64,000 nt of DNA from Candidatus Woesebacteria bacterium (GCA_050123235.1 JASFHL010000005.1:30695-94694), one strand, 5' to 3'; positions 1-11,716 are shown, numbered from the stretch's first letter. Notes: generated by a model not told the origin, from the sequence alone. Made by a program: numbers and translations.

Positions 1-1
1 T

Positions 2-1753
2 TTACTTTTCAATGATTTATTACCAGAGAGTTTGCGTTTCATTAATGAAGCTGTCAAAGCAAAGACGATTAAGGAAATCATCACTGTGGCCATTGAAACC
101 CAAGATCATAGCCGAGTAGCCAAACTGATAGATGATATCAAGGATTTGGGTTTTGAAGCAGCCACTATCTCGGGTATTAGTGTGGCAGTGACAGATTGTA
201 AGATGATGAATGAAAAAGATGAATTAATTGAGCAAGCTAACAAGAAGTCAGAGGAAGTTCAAGAAAATTATTTGCAAGGTTTTATCACTGACGAAGAAAG
301 AAAGAGTCAAAGTTTTGATATTTGGATGAAAGCAACCGATGATGTGGCAGACAAAACATGGGAAAGCTATAAAGAGTCTAATGCAGTTAAGATAATTATT
401 AACTCTGGTGGTTCTCGTGCTTCTAAGGATCAAGTTAAGCAGCTAGGTGCTATGCGTGGCCTAGTGGTTGATCCAATGGGTAATATTGTAGAAATGCCTA
501 CCAAATCAAATTTTAGACAAGGACTTTCTATTTTTGAATATGTAACCTCTGCTAGAGGTTCTAGAAAAGGTCTAACAGATTCTGCTATTAAAACTGCTGA
601 TGCCGGTTATCTTACTCGTAGGCTTTATGATGTTGCTCATGATGCAATTATTAGACAAGAAGATTGTGGTACTGATCAAGGTATAGAAATTATTAGAGAA
701 AATAGGCCAGATAGCTTTGTTAATAGAATTTTAGGTCGCTTTTTATCAAGAGATCTTAAATTTAAAAAGAAAAAGTTAGCCAAAGCTGGTCAACTAATTG
801 ATAAAGATTTGGCAGAAAAAATTAATCAATCTGGAGTAGAATCTGTTTATGTGAGATCAGCACTGACTTGTAAATCAAGTAAAGGGCTTTGTGCTAAATG
901 TTATGGTTGGGATTTAGCTACTAGATTTTTAGTAGAAATTGGGGTGCCGGTAGGAGTGGTGGCAGCTCAATCAATTGGTGAGCCTGGTACGCAGTTGACG
1001 ATGAGGGTCAAACACTCAGGTGGTATTGTTGGGCTAGATGTGACCCAAGGTTTACCTAGAGTAGAAGAATTATTTGAAGCTAGAACTCCAAAAGCAGCAG
1101 CAGTGATCGCTAATATTTCTGGTAAAGTTAAAGTTAAAGAAGAAAAAAATGGTAGCAAAGTAGTGACTATCAAATCAGTAGAGCCTCCAGTTGAAGAAGA
1201 AAGCTATACTTTGCCAGCTAATACCAGTCTCTTGGTGAAAACAGGCGATTTGGTCCATGCTGGCCAACGCTTGATTGCTGGTTCTGTGAATGTCAAAGAA
1301 CTATTGCAAGTTAGGGGCTTGCTTTATACTCAAGAACACTTAGTTGATGAAGTGCAAAAAGTTTACGAGTCACAAGGTATTACTATCAATGATAAACACG
1401 CTGAGGTGATAATCAGAAAAATGGGAGATAAAGTTCAGATTGAAATGCCAGGAGATACAGATTTCTTGACTGGTGAAATTGTAGAACGCAGTCGCCTGAT
1501 TGATGCCAATGATGCAGTTATGGCAGCTGGTGGAGATCCGGCCACAGCCAAAGTTTTACTCTTGGGTATTACTCGCAGTGCGCTCTTTACTAGCTCCTGG
1601 TTGTCAGCTGCTTCTTTCCAGCATACCAAGCATGTCTTAACAGATGCAGCCTCAGCAGGCAGTGTAGATTATTTAGAAGCTTTGAAAGAAAATGTTATTA
1701 TCGGGCGATTGATTCCAACCAGTGAGGAAAGAGCAAAGCTGGAAACAGCCTAA
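2..1753 (+). CDS. rpoC: RNA polymerase beta' subunit, C-terminal part (5' end outside window)
   Basis: Motifs ARGSRKGLTDSAIKTADAGYLTRRL, AAQSIGEPGTQLTMR, TQGLPRVEELFEAR, LKENVIIGRLIP. Frame is open from base 2. Confidence 0.98.
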   Translation, partial: LLFNDLLPESLRFINEAVKAKTIKEIITVAIETQDHSRVAKLIDDIKDLGFEAATISGISVAVTDCKMMNEKDELIEQANKKSEEVQENYLQGFITDEERKSQSFDIWMKATDDVADKTWESYKESNAVKIIINSGGSRASKDQVKQLGAMRGLVVDPMGNIVEMPTKSNFRQGLSIFEYVTSARGSRKGLTDSAIKTADAGYLTRRLYDVAHDAIIRQEDCGTDQGIEIIRENRPDSFVNRILGRFLSRDLKFKKKKLAKAGQLIDKDLAEKINQSGVESVYVRSALTCKSSKGLCAKCYGWDLATRFLVEIGVPVGVVAAQSIGEPGTQLTMRVKHSGGIVGLDVTQGLPRVEELFEARTPKAAAVIANISGKVKVKEEKNGSKVVTIKSVEPPVEEESYTLPANTSLLVKTGDLVHAGQRLIAGSVNVKELLQVRGLLYTQEHLVDEVQKVYESQGITINDKHAEVIIRKMGDKVQIEMPGDTDFLTGEIVERSRLIDANDAVMAAGGDPATAKVLLLGITRSALFTSSWLSAASFQHTKHVLTDAASAGSVDYLEALKENVIIGRLIPTSEERAKLETA

Positions 1754-1859
1754 TTCCCTCTGGGTAAAATAAAACTCTTATGTTACAATCAGCTGATCGA
1801 AAAGTTATATTAAAGTATTTTTATGATGCTAGTAATAAAGGAATAAATTTAAAAAAACT

Positions 1860-2273
1860 ATGCCAACAATTAATCAACTGATCCGCAAAGGCGGCAGAAA
1901 AAAGAAAAGCAAACGAGTCAAAGCCACAGCCTTACGCAGAAGTTTTAACTCTAAAACCGGTAAAGTTGTTCGCAACACTAACCCTCAAAAACGAGGTGTT
2001 TGTACAGTGGTTAAAACCATGACTCCCAAGAAACCAAACTCAGCTCTGAGAAAAGTAGCTAGGGTGAGGTTATCTAATAAGATTGAAGTCACTGCTTATA
2101 TCCAGGGTGAAGGGCATAATCTGGCTGAACACAGTATTGTTTTAGTGCGAGGAGGCAGGGTTAAAGATTTACCAGGTGTAAAATATCATATTGTACGTGG
2201 TAAATACGATTGTGCTGGAGTTGATGGTAGGAAAACTAGTAGAAGTAAGTATGGCGTAAAAGCCAAGAGTTAA
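1860..2273 (+). CDS. rpsL: 30S ribosomal protein S12
   Basis: MPTINQL start, [20 protein letters not shown]. Confidence 0.99.
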   Translation: MPTINQLIRKGGRKKKSKRVKATALRRSFNSKTGKVVRNTNPQKRGVCTVVKTMTPKKPNSALRKVARVRLSNKIEVTAYIQGEGHNLAEHSIVLVRGGRVKDLPGVKYHIVRGKYDCAGVDGRKTSRSKYGVKAKS

Positions 2274-2298
2274 AATAAAGAAAGGATAAAAAAACTTT

Positions 2299-2517
2299 AT
2301 GCCAGGAAATGGGCCCGAAAAAATAAGACCAGATTTAGCTGATATCCAATACAAATTTGGATTAACTGATCAAAGTTTATTAAAAATAATAGCAGAGAGA
2401 TTGCAAAGAGGCAAAAGCAAAGAGATCATAGAAGCTGAATTAATAAAGGATGGAATTGATCCAGAGAGTCTTGGGGCAGCTATAGCGAGAGCAAGGATGG
2501 ATCCTAGAAAAAGATAA
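2299..2517 (+). CDS. Hypothetical 72-aa protein inserted in the str operon
   Basis: ATG ORF with upstream AAAGGA, co-oriented between rpsL and rpsG; no recognisable motif. Confidence 0.55.
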   Translation: MPGNGPEKIRPDLADIQYKFGLTDQSLLKIIAERLQRGKSKEIIEAELIKDGIDPESLGAAIARARMDPRKR

Positions 2518-2538
2518 TAATTTAAAAAATAAAATAAT

Positions 2539-2805
2539 ATGTCAGAAGAATTAAGAAGAGCAAGAAAACAAGAAGCCAGAAAAAAACATAGGCAACAACT
2601 TTATAAGAGAAAAAAGTAAATGGGAGGGAATGATAGCTAGATTGAACGCTAATATAAGAGATAAAGAAGCAGCATTGAGAAGAACAAGGATGATTACATT
2701 AAACGAGAAACTCTAAATGATAACATAGCTGATTTTGAAGGAAGACGTGATCTAATTCAGGAGTGGCTAGACGGAGTAAATGGGAAGTTAGCTAAGCTTC
2801 AGTAA
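2539..2805 (+). pseudogene. Probable frameshifted gene for a small charged/coiled-coil protein
   Basis: Purine-rich coding-like sequence split over three short overlapping frames (MSEELRRARKQEARKKHRQQLYK / SKWEGMIARLNANIRDKEAALRR / KDDYIKRETLNDNIADFEGRRDLIQEWLDGVNGKLAKLQ*). Confidence 0.4.
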
Positions 2806-2826
2806 CCAAAAAACAATAAAAACAAG

Positions 2827-3303
2827 ATGAGAACTAAACAAGCAAAAACCAGACAAGTAAGCCCAGACCCAAAGTATCAATCTTTGGCAGTGGCTAAGTT
2901 GGTTAACCGCTCCATGAGAAGTGGTAAGAAGTCTGTAGCTCAAAAGCAAGTCTATAAAGCTCTTGAATCAGTAGAAGCAAAAACAAAGAAAAAAGCCTTA
3001 ACAGCTTTGGAAGAAGCAATTAACAATATTACTCCGCAGATGGAAGTTAGATCTAGAAGAGTTGGGGGTGCTTCTTATCAGGTACCAATGCCTGTGCGCT
3101 ATCGTCGAGGTTCTTCGTTGGCTATTCGTTGGTTGGTACTAGCAGCTAATAAACGACCCAGCAAGCAATATCATACTTATGCTGAAAAACTGTCTGCTGA
3201 GATTATGGATGCTTTGGAAAATAAAGGCGGTGCCATTGAAAAGAAGAATACTTCTCACAAAATGTCAGAGTCCAACAAGGCTTTTTCTCACTTCAGATGG
3301 TAA
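2827..3303 (+). CDS. rpsG: 30S ribosomal protein S7
   Basis: EVRSRRVGGASYQVP; C-terminal NKAFSHFRW. Confidence 0.98.
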   Translation: MRTKQAKTRQVSPDPKYQSLAVAKLVNRSMRSGKKSVAQKQVYKALESVEAKTKKKALTALEEAINNITPQMEVRSRRVGGASYQVPMPVRYRRGSSLAIRWLVLAANKRPSKQYHTYAEKLSAEIMDALENKGGAIEKKNTSHKMSESNKAFSHFRW

Positions 3304-3338
3304 TTTTATGTGTTAACTAGAATTTTTTATAATTGTCT

Positions 3339-5474
3339 ATGTCAAATTTTAAATCTGCCAATAAACAAGTTCCACTCGATAGAGTTCGTAATATTGGGAT
3401 CATTGCCCATATTGATGCTGGTAAAACCACCACCACTGAGCGTATCCTTTTTTACACTGGTCGTAATTACAAGATCGGTGAAGTTCACGAAGGTGCAGCT
3501 ACCATGGATTGGATGGAACAAGAACAAGAAAGAGGAATCACTATTGTTTCTGCTGCCACTACTGCTTTTTGGAAACCATATTTTGATAGCCACTTAGCCA
3601 AAGAAGATTATCGTTTCAATATTATTGATACTCCAGGACACGTTGATTTTACCGCTGAGGTAGAGCGTTCACTCAGAGTCTTGGATGGTGGTATTACAGT
3701 ACTGGATGCTTCGGAAGGGGTACAATCTCAAAGCGAAACTGTCTGGCGTCAAGCAGATAAATACAATGTGCCACGGATTTGTTTTGTCAATAAAATGGAT
3801 AAACTGGGTGCTGATTTTATGGACACGGTCAAAGATATTAGAGATAAATTTGGAGTTAAGCCAGCAGTCATGGTTTTACCAATGGGGGCTGAAAACCAGT
3901 TTAAGGGAGTGATTCTTTTACTAGATAGAAAAGCTTTGTTTTGGAAAGACAGTGCTGCTGATACAGAGCCAGAAGTTAAAGAAATTCCAGAGGAATATAA
4001 ACAAGAAGTAGAAAAATTAAGAGCGGAGCTGATGGAAGCTATTGCGGAAACAGATGATGGCTTGATGGAAAAGTTTCTTAATGAAGAAGAAATGGAATTA
4101 AATGAGTTGAAAGCGGCTTTGAGAAAAGCAGTTATCAACTACCAATTAGTGCCTGTTTTTGCTGGTAGTTCTCTTAAGAACACTGGTGTTCAAGTTTTAC
4201 TAGATGCTGTAATTGAGTATTTGCCTTCTCCAATGGATATTGAAGCCATCAAAGGTGAAGATCCAAAAACCAATGAAGAAGTGGAAAGAAAATTAATTCC
4301 AGAAGAAAAACTCTGTGGTTTAGCTTTTAAAATTCAAACAGATCCCCATGTAGGTAAATTGACCTATTTTAGAATTTATTCAGGTGTCTTAAAAGCAGGC
4401 AGCTATATTTACAATAGTGTCCAAGGCAAAAAAGAAAGAGTCGGGCGTTTGTTATTGATGCATGCTAATCAAAGAGAAGAGATTGCTGAAGCCAGAGCAG
4501 GTGAGATTGTAGCCATTATTGGTCTAAAAAACACTAAAACAGGCGATACTTTATGTGATGAACAGCACCAGATTGTACTTGAGGGGATTACTTTTGCAGA
4601 ACCAGTGATTTCTTTGGCTATTGAACCAAAAACCAAATCTGATCAAGAAAAAATGGGTTTAGCTCTAAATAAACTCAGTGAGGAAGATCCAACCTTTTCT
4701 ATTAAAGTTGATCAAGAAACAGGCCAAACAATCATTGGTGGCATGGGTGAGCTACACCTGGAGATTATTGTTGACAGAATGAAGCGAGAATTCAAAGTCG
4801 ATGCCAATGTGGGTAAACCTCAAGTCGCCTATCGAGAAACTATCACTCAAGCTGCTCAAGGTGAAGGTAAATACATCAAACAAAGTGGTGGTCGCGGTCA
4901 GTATGGTCATGTTCTACTTAGACTTGAACCACAAGATCGTGGAACTGGCTATGAGTTTGTTAATGAAATCAAAGGAGCTGCTGTTCCTAGAGAATATATT
5001 GAGCCAACTAATAAAGGTGTTCAAGAATCTCTCGAGCGAGGTTTTTTGGCTGGTTATCCAATGTCAGATCTTAAAGTCACTTTATATGATGGTTCTTTTC
5101 ACGAAGTTGATTCTAGTGAACTAGCTTTTAAAATGGCTGGCTCTTTGGGTATGAAAGATGCAGTTGCTAAAGCTGGCATGGTGTTGTTAGAGCCAATTAT
5201 GAAGGTCGAAGTCACTACTCCTGAAGAATTCATGGGTGATGTGATTGGTGATATTAGTGGTCGTAGGGCTCAAATTCAAGGAACAGTTAATCGAGGCAAT
5301 GTGGTTATTATTACCGCTCTAGTGCCTTTGGCAGAAATGCAAGGTTATGTCACAATTCTGCGAAGCATGACCCAAGGTCGTGCCACTAGTGTGATGTTAC
5401 CAAGTCATTATGATGAAGTGCCAAAACAAATTTCTGATAAGATTGTTGAAGAAAGAAAGGGGTTTAGAAGATAA
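3339..5474 (+). CDS. fusA: Elongation factor G
   Basis: [32 protein letters not shown]; ATG 3339 preferred over TTG 3333. Confidence 0.99.
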   Translation: MSNFKSANKQVPLDRVRNIGIIAHIDAGKTTTTERILFYTGRNYKIGEVHEGAATMDWMEQEQERGITIVSAATTAFWKPYFDSHLAKEDYRFNIIDTPGHVDFTAEVERSLRVLDGGITVLDASEGVQSQSETVWRQADKYNVPRICFVNKMDKLGADFMDTVKDIRDKFGVKPAVMVLPMGAENQFKGVILLLDRKALFWKDSAADTEPEVKEIPEEYKQEVEKLRAELMEAIAETDDGLMEKFLNEEEMELNELKAALRKAVINYQLVPVFAGSSLKNTGVQVLLDAVIEYLPSPMDIEAIKGEDPKTNEEVERKLIPEEKLCGLAFKIQTDPHVGKLTYFRIYSGVLKAGSYIYNSVQGKKERVGRLLLMHANQREEIAEARAGEIVAIIGLKNTKTGDTLCDEQHQIVLEGITFAEPVISLAIEPKTKSDQEKMGLALNKLSEEDPTFSIKVDQETGQTIIGGMGELHLEIIVDRMKREFKVDANVGKPQVAYRETITQAAQGEGKYIKQSGGRGQYGHVLLRLEPQDRGTGYEFVNEIKGAAVPREYIEPTNKGVQESLERGFLAGYPMSDLKVTLYDGSFHEVDSSELAFKMAGSLGMKDAVAKAGMVLLEPIMKVEVTTPEEFMGDVIGDISGRRAQIQGTVNRGNVVIITALVPLAEMQGYVTILRSMTQGRATSVMLPSHYDEVPKQISDKIVEERKGFRR

Positions 5475-5526
5475 GATGTATTTTTCTTAGAAAAGAGATA
5501 GTTTTGCTAAATTAGCTCACTTAAGC

Positions 5527-5555
5527 CTGACAAATAGATTCTTATCAAGTACAAT
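5527..5555 (+). promoter_or_regulatory. Candidate sigma70 promoter for tuf
   Basis: CTGACA-N17-TACAAT in the fusA-tuf spacer. Confidence 0.5.
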
Positions 5556-5675
5556 ATTAATTATAAATTAATTAGAATTTTACAGGAATTTTGCGCTTAA
5601 ATTAGAAGTAATTTATTTTGTTTTTTAAAGTAAAGTGCATAATTCTTGGCCATAAAAAATAAAGGAGAACAAAAT

Positions 5676-6872
5676 ATGTCCGACAATAAAAAATTTGTCC
5701 GCAACAAGCCTCACGTCAATATTGGTACTATTGGTCACGTTGATCATGGTAAAACCACTTTGACTGCTGCTATTACTCATACTCTTTCCAATAAAGTTCC
5801 TGGAGATGTGAATAAACCTTTAGCTTATACTGATATTGATAATGCTCCGGAAGAAGCAGCCAGAGGTGTTACTATTAACATTTCTCATATTGAATATGAG
5901 ACTGAAAAGAGACACTATGCTCATATTGATGCTCCAGGTCACGCTGACTACATCAAGAATATGATTACTGGTGCTGCTCAAATGGATGGTGCCATTTTGG
6001 TAGTTGCTGCTACTGATGGTCCAATGCCTCAAACTAGAGAACATATTCTTTTAGCTAAGCAAGTTAATGTACCTAAACTGATTATTGCTTTGAACAAAGT
6101 TGACATGGTTGATGACGCTGAATTACTTGATTTAGTTGAAATGGAAGTCAGAGAATTACTTACAAAATATGGCTTTGATGGAGAAAAAGCTCCAATAGTG
6201 AGAGTTTCAGCTTTGAAAGCTCTTGAAGGAGACGAAAAGGCTCAAGAACAAGTCATGGAATTAATGAAAGCTGTTGATGAATACATTCCAGAGCCAGTAC
6301 GTGATCTTGATAAACCTTTCCTAATGCCTGTTGAAGATGTCTTCTCTATCAAGGGTCGTGGTACAGTAGTTACTGGTCGTATTGAATCTGGTGTAGTTAA
6401 AGTTAGTGAAGAAATTGAAATAGTTGGTTTTGAAGATTCCAAAAAGACTACTGTTACTGGCGTAGAAATGTTTAGAAAACTCTTAGATCAAGGTCAAGCT
6501 GGTGATAACGTTGGTGTTTTACTAAGAGGTCTTGCTAAGGATGAAGTACAAAGAGGTCAAGTAATTGCTAAACCAGGTACTGCTAAAGCTCACACTGAGT
6601 TTGAAGCTGAAGTTTATATTCTTAAAAAGGAAGAAGGTGGTCGTCATAAGCCATTCTTTAGCGGTTATAAGCCTCAGTTCTATATCAGAACCACTGATGT
6701 CACTGGTGAAATTAAGCTCCCAGAAGGTGTGGAGATGGTTATGCCTGGTGACAATGCTAAAATGACTGTTAAGTTAATTGCTCCAGTAGCAATTAATGAA
6801 GGTCTAAGGTTTGCTGTTAGAGAAGGTGGTTTAACAGTTGGCGCAGGCGCTATTACTAAGATTATTAAATAA
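5676..6872 (+). CDS. tuf: Elongation factor Tu
   Basis: [28 protein letters not shown]; ATG 5676 follows SD AAAGGAG. Confidence 0.99.
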   Translation: MSDNKKFVRNKPHVNIGTIGHVDHGKTTLTAAITHTLSNKVPGDVNKPLAYTDIDNAPEEAARGVTINISHIEYETEKRHYAHIDAPGHADYIKNMITGAAQMDGAILVVAATDGPMPQTREHILLAKQVNVPKLIIALNKVDMVDDAELLDLVEMEVRELLTKYGFDGEKAPIVRVSALKALEGDEKAQEQVMELMKAVDEYIPEPVRDLDKPFLMPVEDVFSIKGRGTVVTGRIESGVVKVSEEIEIVGFEDSKKTTVTGVEMFRKLLDQGQAGDNVGVLLRGLAKDEVQRGQVIAKPGTAKAHTEFEAEVYILKKEEGGRHKPFFSGYKPQFYIRTTDVTGEIKLPEGVEMVMPGDNAKMTVKLIAPVAINEGLRFAVREGGLTVGAGAITKIIK

Positions 6873-6889
6873 AATAAAAAAATGAGGAT

Positions 6890-6927
6890 GAAAATCCCTC
6901 GTCGATAACGATGAGGGATTTTCTCTT
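6890..6927 (+). terminator. Intrinsic terminator-like hairpin after tuf
   Basis: GAAAATCCCTCGTCG-ATAA-CGATGAGGGATTTTC, a 15-bp stem with one G.U and a pyrimidine-rich tail. Confidence 0.75.
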
Positions 6928-6939
6928 AGCTAACTATAA

Positions 6940-6956
6940 GTTTATCTGTAATAAAT
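6940..6956 (+). repeat. Solo copy of the 17-bp ATTTATCTRTAGTAAAT site
   Basis: GTTTATCTGTAATAAAT, 15/17 identical to the terminal site of the element at 18801-18956. Confidence 0.5.
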
Positions 6957-7075
6957 GTTAGTGAGTAAACTTTATTTTGCAGTAGCTCTAATACTATACA
7001 GCCAGGAGAAAATATATTATAATCACGCCTTGTCTTTATTTAAAATGAAATTAAGAAAACAATTAACAAATTAAT

Positions 7076-7408
7076 ATGGCAAATAAAAGTAAAAGCGCTC
7101 AGGTTGCATATAAGATTAGGGTCAGACTTAAGTCTTATGATCATCGCGTAATTGATGAAGCTAGTCGGAAAATCCTTCAGACAGCCTTATCAACAGGTGC
7201 TCAGGTAATAGGACCAGTTCCTTTACCAACTAATAAAAAATCTTTTACTGTCTTGGTTTCTCCTCATACAGATAAAGATGCTCAAGAGCACTATGAAATT
7301 AGGACTCATAAAAGATTGATTGATATTATTGATCCAACAAATAAAACCATTGATTCACTGATGCACTTAGAATTACCTGCTGGAGTTGATATTCAAATCA
7401 AGATGTAA
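7076..7408 (+). CDS. rpsJ: 30S ribosomal protein S10
   Basis: [30 protein letters not shown]. Confidence 0.98.
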   Translation: MANKSKSAQVAYKIRVRLKSYDHRVIDEASRKILQTALSTGAQVIGPVPLPTNKKSFTVLVSPHTDKDAQEHYEIRTHKRLIDIIDPTNKTIDSLMHLELPAGVDIQIKM

Positions 7409-7491
7409 GTTATTTGACTTACTTATTAATATGATTGTTTATATTAAATTTATAAAAGGAATGTTGCCTTTACAAAAGTTGAAATTCTTTA

Positions 7492-8322
7492 ATGATGTTA
7501 AATACAATTTTTGCTACCAAGGTTGGTATGACTCAAGCCTGGTCAAGCTCAGGCAAGAGATTAGCAGTGACCAAATTAAAAGTTGGCACTAATGCTGTAG
7601 TGGGGCAAAAAAATGCTTGGGCTGTCAATAAACCAGTTGATAGCTTTAAAAAGCAAGAGGCTCTTATTTGCGAAATCGCATACGGAAAGAAAAAACTCAA
7701 AAATTTAAGCAAGCCACTCAAAGAAAAAATAAAAAAGAGTGGCTTTTCTGAAGGTTTTAGGCAAATTAGAGGGCTTAAGTTTTTCCCAAGAGAAGCACAA
7801 GAATCTGAACTCAAAGTTGGTGATGCTATCAAGTTAGACCAAGTTTTGGAACCTGGTGATGTGGTTAAAGTGCAAGGTAGGTCAAAAGGAAGAGGTTTTG
7901 CTGGTGTGATTAAGCGTCACGGTTTTGCTGGTGGTCCTAGAACTCACGGTCAGTCTGACAGAGAAAGAGCCCCTGGTTCAATTGGTTCTGGTACTGATCC
8001 CGGTCGTGTTTGGAAAGGCAAAAAGATGCCTGGGCATTACGGGGCTAAAAATAAGACAGTTTCTAATTTAGTAGTTTTGTATATTGATCCAGAAAAGCAG
8101 GAGCTTTGGTTGAGTGGCCCTGTTCCTGGTCATAATAATTCTATTGTCAGAGTAGAAAAACTTGGGTTTAAGAAAAAATTGGAATTAAATTTAGCAGCAT
8201 CTGGTTTGGGGTCAGCTAAAGAAGCTAAACAAAAAACTCCAAGCTCAGCAAAAAATGAAAAAAGCAAATCAGCAGCTAAATCAGGAAAAAAAGATCAAAA
8301 AAATACTAAAGAAACAAAATGA
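7492..8322 (+). CDS. rplC: 50S ribosomal protein L3 with Lys-rich C-terminal tail
   Basis: KVGMTQ, SKGRGFAGVIKRH, PGRVWKGKKMPG. Confidence 0.97.
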   Translation: MMLNTIFATKVGMTQAWSSSGKRLAVTKLKVGTNAVVGQKNAWAVNKPVDSFKKQEALICEIAYGKKKLKNLSKPLKEKIKKSGFSEGFRQIRGLKFFPREAQESELKVGDAIKLDQVLEPGDVVKVQGRSKGRGFAGVIKRHGFAGGPRTHGQSDRERAPGSIGSGTDPGRVWKGKKMPGHYGAKNKTVSNLVVLYIDPEKQELWLSGPVPGHNNSIVRVEKLGFKKKLELNLAASGLGSAKEAKQKTPSSAKNEKSKSAAKSGKKDQKNTKETK

Positions 8323-9062
8323 AAGTTAAAGTCATAAATACCAGTGGTAAAGATAGCAGCGTCACAGTCAGTGATGATTTGTTTGTTAAAAAAGTTAACA
8401 GAATTTTACTAGCCCAAGCTATTAAGGTTTATTTATCAAACCAACGACAGTCTACTAGTGCTACTCAAAATAGATCTAAAGTTAGTAGAACTACTAAAAA
8501 ATGGTATAGACAAAAAGGCACTGGCAATGCTAGACATGGTGCCAAAAGCGCTAACTTGTTTGTTGGTGGTGCTACTGCCCACGGGCCAAGAGGTATTGAA
8601 AATTGGAAGTTAAGTTTATCAAAGAAAATGAGACAAGCTGCAATTAAACATGCTTTGTCAGCTCAAAAAGACAATCTCTTGATTAATGAAGATTTATTAA
8701 CTGTTGGTGGCAAAACTAAAGTAGCAGCAGAGTTATTATCAAAGTTGGCTAAAGATGAGAAACGAGTTTTAATTGTTTTGCCAGAGAGTTTTGAATTGGT
8801 ACTTAGAGCTTTCAAAAACATTCCTAATGTTTTAATCAGCCAAGCTAATAGGCTTAATGCCTTGGAAATAGTAACTGCTGATAAAGTTGTTTTTACTAAA
8901 GAAGCTTTGAAAACTCTAGAAAAACGTTTGCTTAAACAGTCTGTTAAGAAAAAAGCTGAGCAAGCAAAGCTAAATATTACTAAGTCATCCACGGAAAAAG
9001 AACTTAAAAGAACAAAGACTAGTCAAAGAAAAAAAAATAAAAAAGAAACTAAAAAGAAATGA
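8319..9062 (+). CDS. rplD: 50S ribosomal protein L4 with Lys-rich tail
   Basis: RQKGTGNARHG, GGATAHGP; operon position. Confidence 0.97.
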   Translation: MKVKVINTSGKDSSVTVSDDLFVKKVNRILLAQAIKVYLSNQRQSTSATQNRSKVSRTTKKWYRQKGTGNARHGAKSANLFVGGATAHGPRGIENWKLSLSKKMRQAAIKHALSAQKDNLLINEDLLTVGGKTKVAAELLSKLAKDEKRVLIVLPESFELVLRAFKNIPNVLISQANRLNALEIVTADKVVFTKEALKTLEKRLLKQSVKKKAEQAKLNITKSSTEKELKRTKTSQRKKNKKETKKK

Positions 9063-9355
9063 AAGCTCATATACTTAAAAGACCAGTTGTAACTGAAAAA
9101 TCACTCAAACTTGCTAATAGTGAAAATGTTTATACTTTTGAAGTAGCCAAAACTGCCAATAAAGATCAAATTAAGCAAGCAGTTGAAGAATTGTTTTCAG
9201 TGCATGTCTTAGCAGTGAACACAGTTATGAAGGCTAAGTCAAAGAAAAGAACTGGTAAAAAAAGAATGATTAAGACTATTGCTAAACGTAAAAAAGCACT
9301 TGTTAAGTTGCAAGAAGGAGAATCAATTGCTTTATTTGATGTAGGTGGAGAATAA
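9059..9355 (+). CDS. rplW: 50S ribosomal protein L23
   Basis: PVVTEKS, YTFEV, KKALVKL. Confidence 0.97.
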   Translation: MKAHILKRPVVTEKSLKLANSENVYTFEVAKTANKDQIKQAVEELFSVHVLAVNTVMKAKSKKRTGKKRMIKTIAKRKKALVKLQEGESIALFDVGGE

Positions 9356-9361
9356 AAATAT

Positions 9362-10195
9362 ATGTTAAATAAACAAAAAGCAACTAGCGCCGGTAGAAGA
9401 CACCAAGTTTTGATTGATAGATCTAACCTTTACAAAGGTAATCCAGAGAAATCTCTTTTGATTCCTGGTCATAAAAAAAGAAAAGGTCGAGGTTATAAAG
9501 GTCGTATTACTATGCGACACCGCGGTGGCGGGGTAAAAAAGAAATTAAGAAAGATTGATTTTAAAAGACGAAAGCAAAATATTCCAGCTATAGTACAGAG
9601 GATTGAATATGATCCAATGAGGAGTGCTAATATTGCTTTGCTTTTTTACAAAGATGGTGAAAAAGCATATATTTTAGCTCCAATTGGTTTGAAAGTTGGA
9701 GATGAAGTTGTCAGTGGCACTAAGGTAGAACTTAAAACAGCTAATGCCTTAGCTTTGAAAAACATTCCGGTTGGTATCCCAATTCATAATATTGAATTGA
9801 GACCAGGAAAAGGAGCTCAGTTAGTTAGAGGCGCAGGCACAGCTGCCAGCATTCAATCAAAAGAAGGCAAATATGTGACAATTCAGTTGCCTTCCAAAGA
9901 ACAGAGATTGATAAATGCTGAATGTTTCGCTACAATCGGCCAGGTTGCTAATCAAGCTTGGAAAAATAGAAAATTAGGTAAAGCCGGTCGTAAAAGACTG
10001 ATGGGCATTAGGCCAACAGTCAGAGGTACAGCGCAACATCCTGGCAGTCACCCTCATGGTGGAGGTGAAGGCCGTAGTGGAGTTGGGTTAAAATATGCTA
10101 AGACACCTTGGGGTAAGATAGCTTCACCAGGCAAGAAGACTAGGAAGAAGAGAAAAACTAATAAATGGATAGTTAAAGACAGGAGGACAAAGTAA
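9362..10195 (+). CDS. rplB: 50S ribosomal protein L2
   Basis: [22 protein letters not shown]. Confidence 0.98.
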   Translation: MLNKQKATSAGRRHQVLIDRSNLYKGNPEKSLLIPGHKKRKGRGYKGRITMRHRGGGVKKKLRKIDFKRRKQNIPAIVQRIEYDPMRSANIALLFYKDGEKAYILAPIGLKVGDEVVSGTKVELKTANALALKNIPVGIPIHNIELRPGKGAQLVRGAGTAASIQSKEGKYVTIQLPSKEQRLINAECFATIGQVANQAWKNRKLGKAGRKRLMGIRPTVRGTAQHPGSHPHGGGEGRSGVGLKYAKTPWGKIASPGKKTRKKRKTNKWIVKDRRTK

Positions 10196-10199
10196 AAAT

Positions 10200-10484
10200 A
10201 TGTCTAGATCAAGTAAAAAAGGACCATATATTGATCCAAAGCTTCTAAAAAAAGTGATGGCTCAAAAACAAAGTGGCAATAAAAGTCCAATTAAAACTTG
10301 GAGTAGAGCTTGTGTAGTTTGTCCGGATTTTGTTGGGCATACTTTTTTGGTTCATCAAGGTAAAAATTTTGTAGAAGTTTTTATTAATGAATCAATGGTA
10401 GGTCATAAATTGGGAGAATTCGCTCCGACCAGGACTTTTAGAGGTCACGGTAAAGTAGTCAAGAGAATAGTAGCTAAGACTTAA
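10200..10484 (+). CDS. rpsS: 30S ribosomal protein S19
   Basis: [25 protein letters not shown]. Confidence 0.98.
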   Translation: MSRSSKKGPYIDPKLLKKVMAQKQSGNKSPIKTWSRACVVCPDFVGHTFLVHQGKNFVEVFINESMVGHKLGEFAPTRTFRGHGKVVKRIVAKT

Positions 10485-10488
10485 AAAT

Positions 10489-11064
10489 ATGTTAATTATT
10501 GCGCAGCAAAAAAACACCAGACAATCAGCGCGTAAGGTCAGATTGGTGGCTAATGCTGTTAGAAAATTAGATCTAGTTAAAGCTCTAGAGCAGTTGTCAG
10601 TTATTGAGCGCAAAGCTAGTGTAGTGCTAATGAAGGTGATGAGACAGGCAATTGCTAATGCCAGTCATAACCACAACTTAAAAATTGAAGATCTAAAATT
10701 ACAAAATATTCTAGTAAATCCTGGTCCAACTTATAAAAGATTTAGAGCTGTGAGTAGAGGCAGAGCCCATACTATTCAGAAAAAAACCTGCCATGTAAAA
10801 GTAATTTTACAGAGTAAGGAAGAAAAAGTAGCTCAACCAAAGAAGAGTAAAGTAAGTACAGCTGGCAAAAAAGCTGTTAAAAAAGTAAGTCAGACAAAGT
10901 CAAAAAAAGTAGCAGCAGTCAGTCAAGAAATAGAACATCAAAAAGAATTGACTAAAGAAGTTGCTACTCAAGCAGCAACTAGTCAAAAAGTAGTAGCTAA
11001 AAAAATAAATCTTAGAGCTCAAAGTAAGAGTACTAGAACTAAAAATTTAGGAGGAAGATCTTAA
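10489..11064 (+). CDS. rplV: 50S ribosomal protein L22 with ~80-aa basic C-terminal extension
   Basis: SARKVRLVA, GPTYKRFRAVSRGRA. Confidence 0.97.
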   Translation: MLIIAQQKNTRQSARKVRLVANAVRKLDLVKALEQLSVIERKASVVLMKVMRQAIANASHNHNLKIEDLKLQNILVNPGPTYKRFRAVSRGRAHTIQKKTCHVKVILQSKEEKVAQPKKSKVSTAGKKAVKKVSQTKSKKVAAVSQEIEHQKELTKEVATQAATSQKVVAKKINLRAQSKSTRTKNLGGRS

Positions 11065-11065
11065 A

Positions 11066-11716
11066 ATGGGACAAAAAGTTAACCCCACCAGTTTTAGATT
11101 AGGTAGTGTTTTTTCTTGGAAATCAAGATGGTTTGCAGGTAAAAAAGATTATTCAGATAAAGTTTTGGAAGATTTTAAATTGCGTCGCTACTTAAACGAT
11201 GCCTTAAGTAATGCTGGTTTAGTTAGGACAGAGATTGAACGTTCGATTAGTAAGATTAAGGTAGTTTTATTAGTGGCACGACCAGGTGTGGTGATTGGTA
11301 AAGGTGGTAAGAATTTAGAATTAATTAAAAAGAAAGTTGAAAAAATCCTCTCTTCAACTCGAGATAAGAAAAAAACAGTTAGGCTTGATTTGAGAGTAGA
11401 AGAATTTAAGGAACCTAATTTGAGTGCCAAATTAGTGACTGAACGTATCATTGGTCAACTAGTCAATCGTTATCCTCATCGCAGGGCTGTGAATCAAGCT
11501 TTGGATAGAGTGATGGAAGCTGGTGCCAAAGGAGTTAAAATCCAATTGTCTGGTAGAATTGCTGGAGCAGAAATAGGACGCAGCGAAAAATATTTTAAAG
11601 GCTCAGTGCCAACGCAAACAATCAGAGCTAATATTGATTATTACGAATCTCCTGCTCGTACTCGCTCTGGTTACGTGGGAGTCAAAGTTTGGATTTATAA
11701 AGGAGAACTAGTTTAA
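11066..11716 (+). CDS. rpsC: 30S ribosomal protein S3
   Basis: [27 protein letters not shown]. Confidence 0.98.
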   Translation: MGQKVNPTSFRLGSVFSWKSRWFAGKKDYSDKVLEDFKLRRYLNDALSNAGLVRTEIERSISKIKVVLLVARPGVVIGKGGKNLELIKKKVEKILSSTRDKKKTVRLDLRVEEFKEPNLSAKLVTERIIGQLVNRYPHRRAVNQALDRVMEAGAKGVKIQLSGRIAGAEIGRSEKYFKGSVPTQTIRANIDYYESPARTRSGYVGVKVWIYKGELV

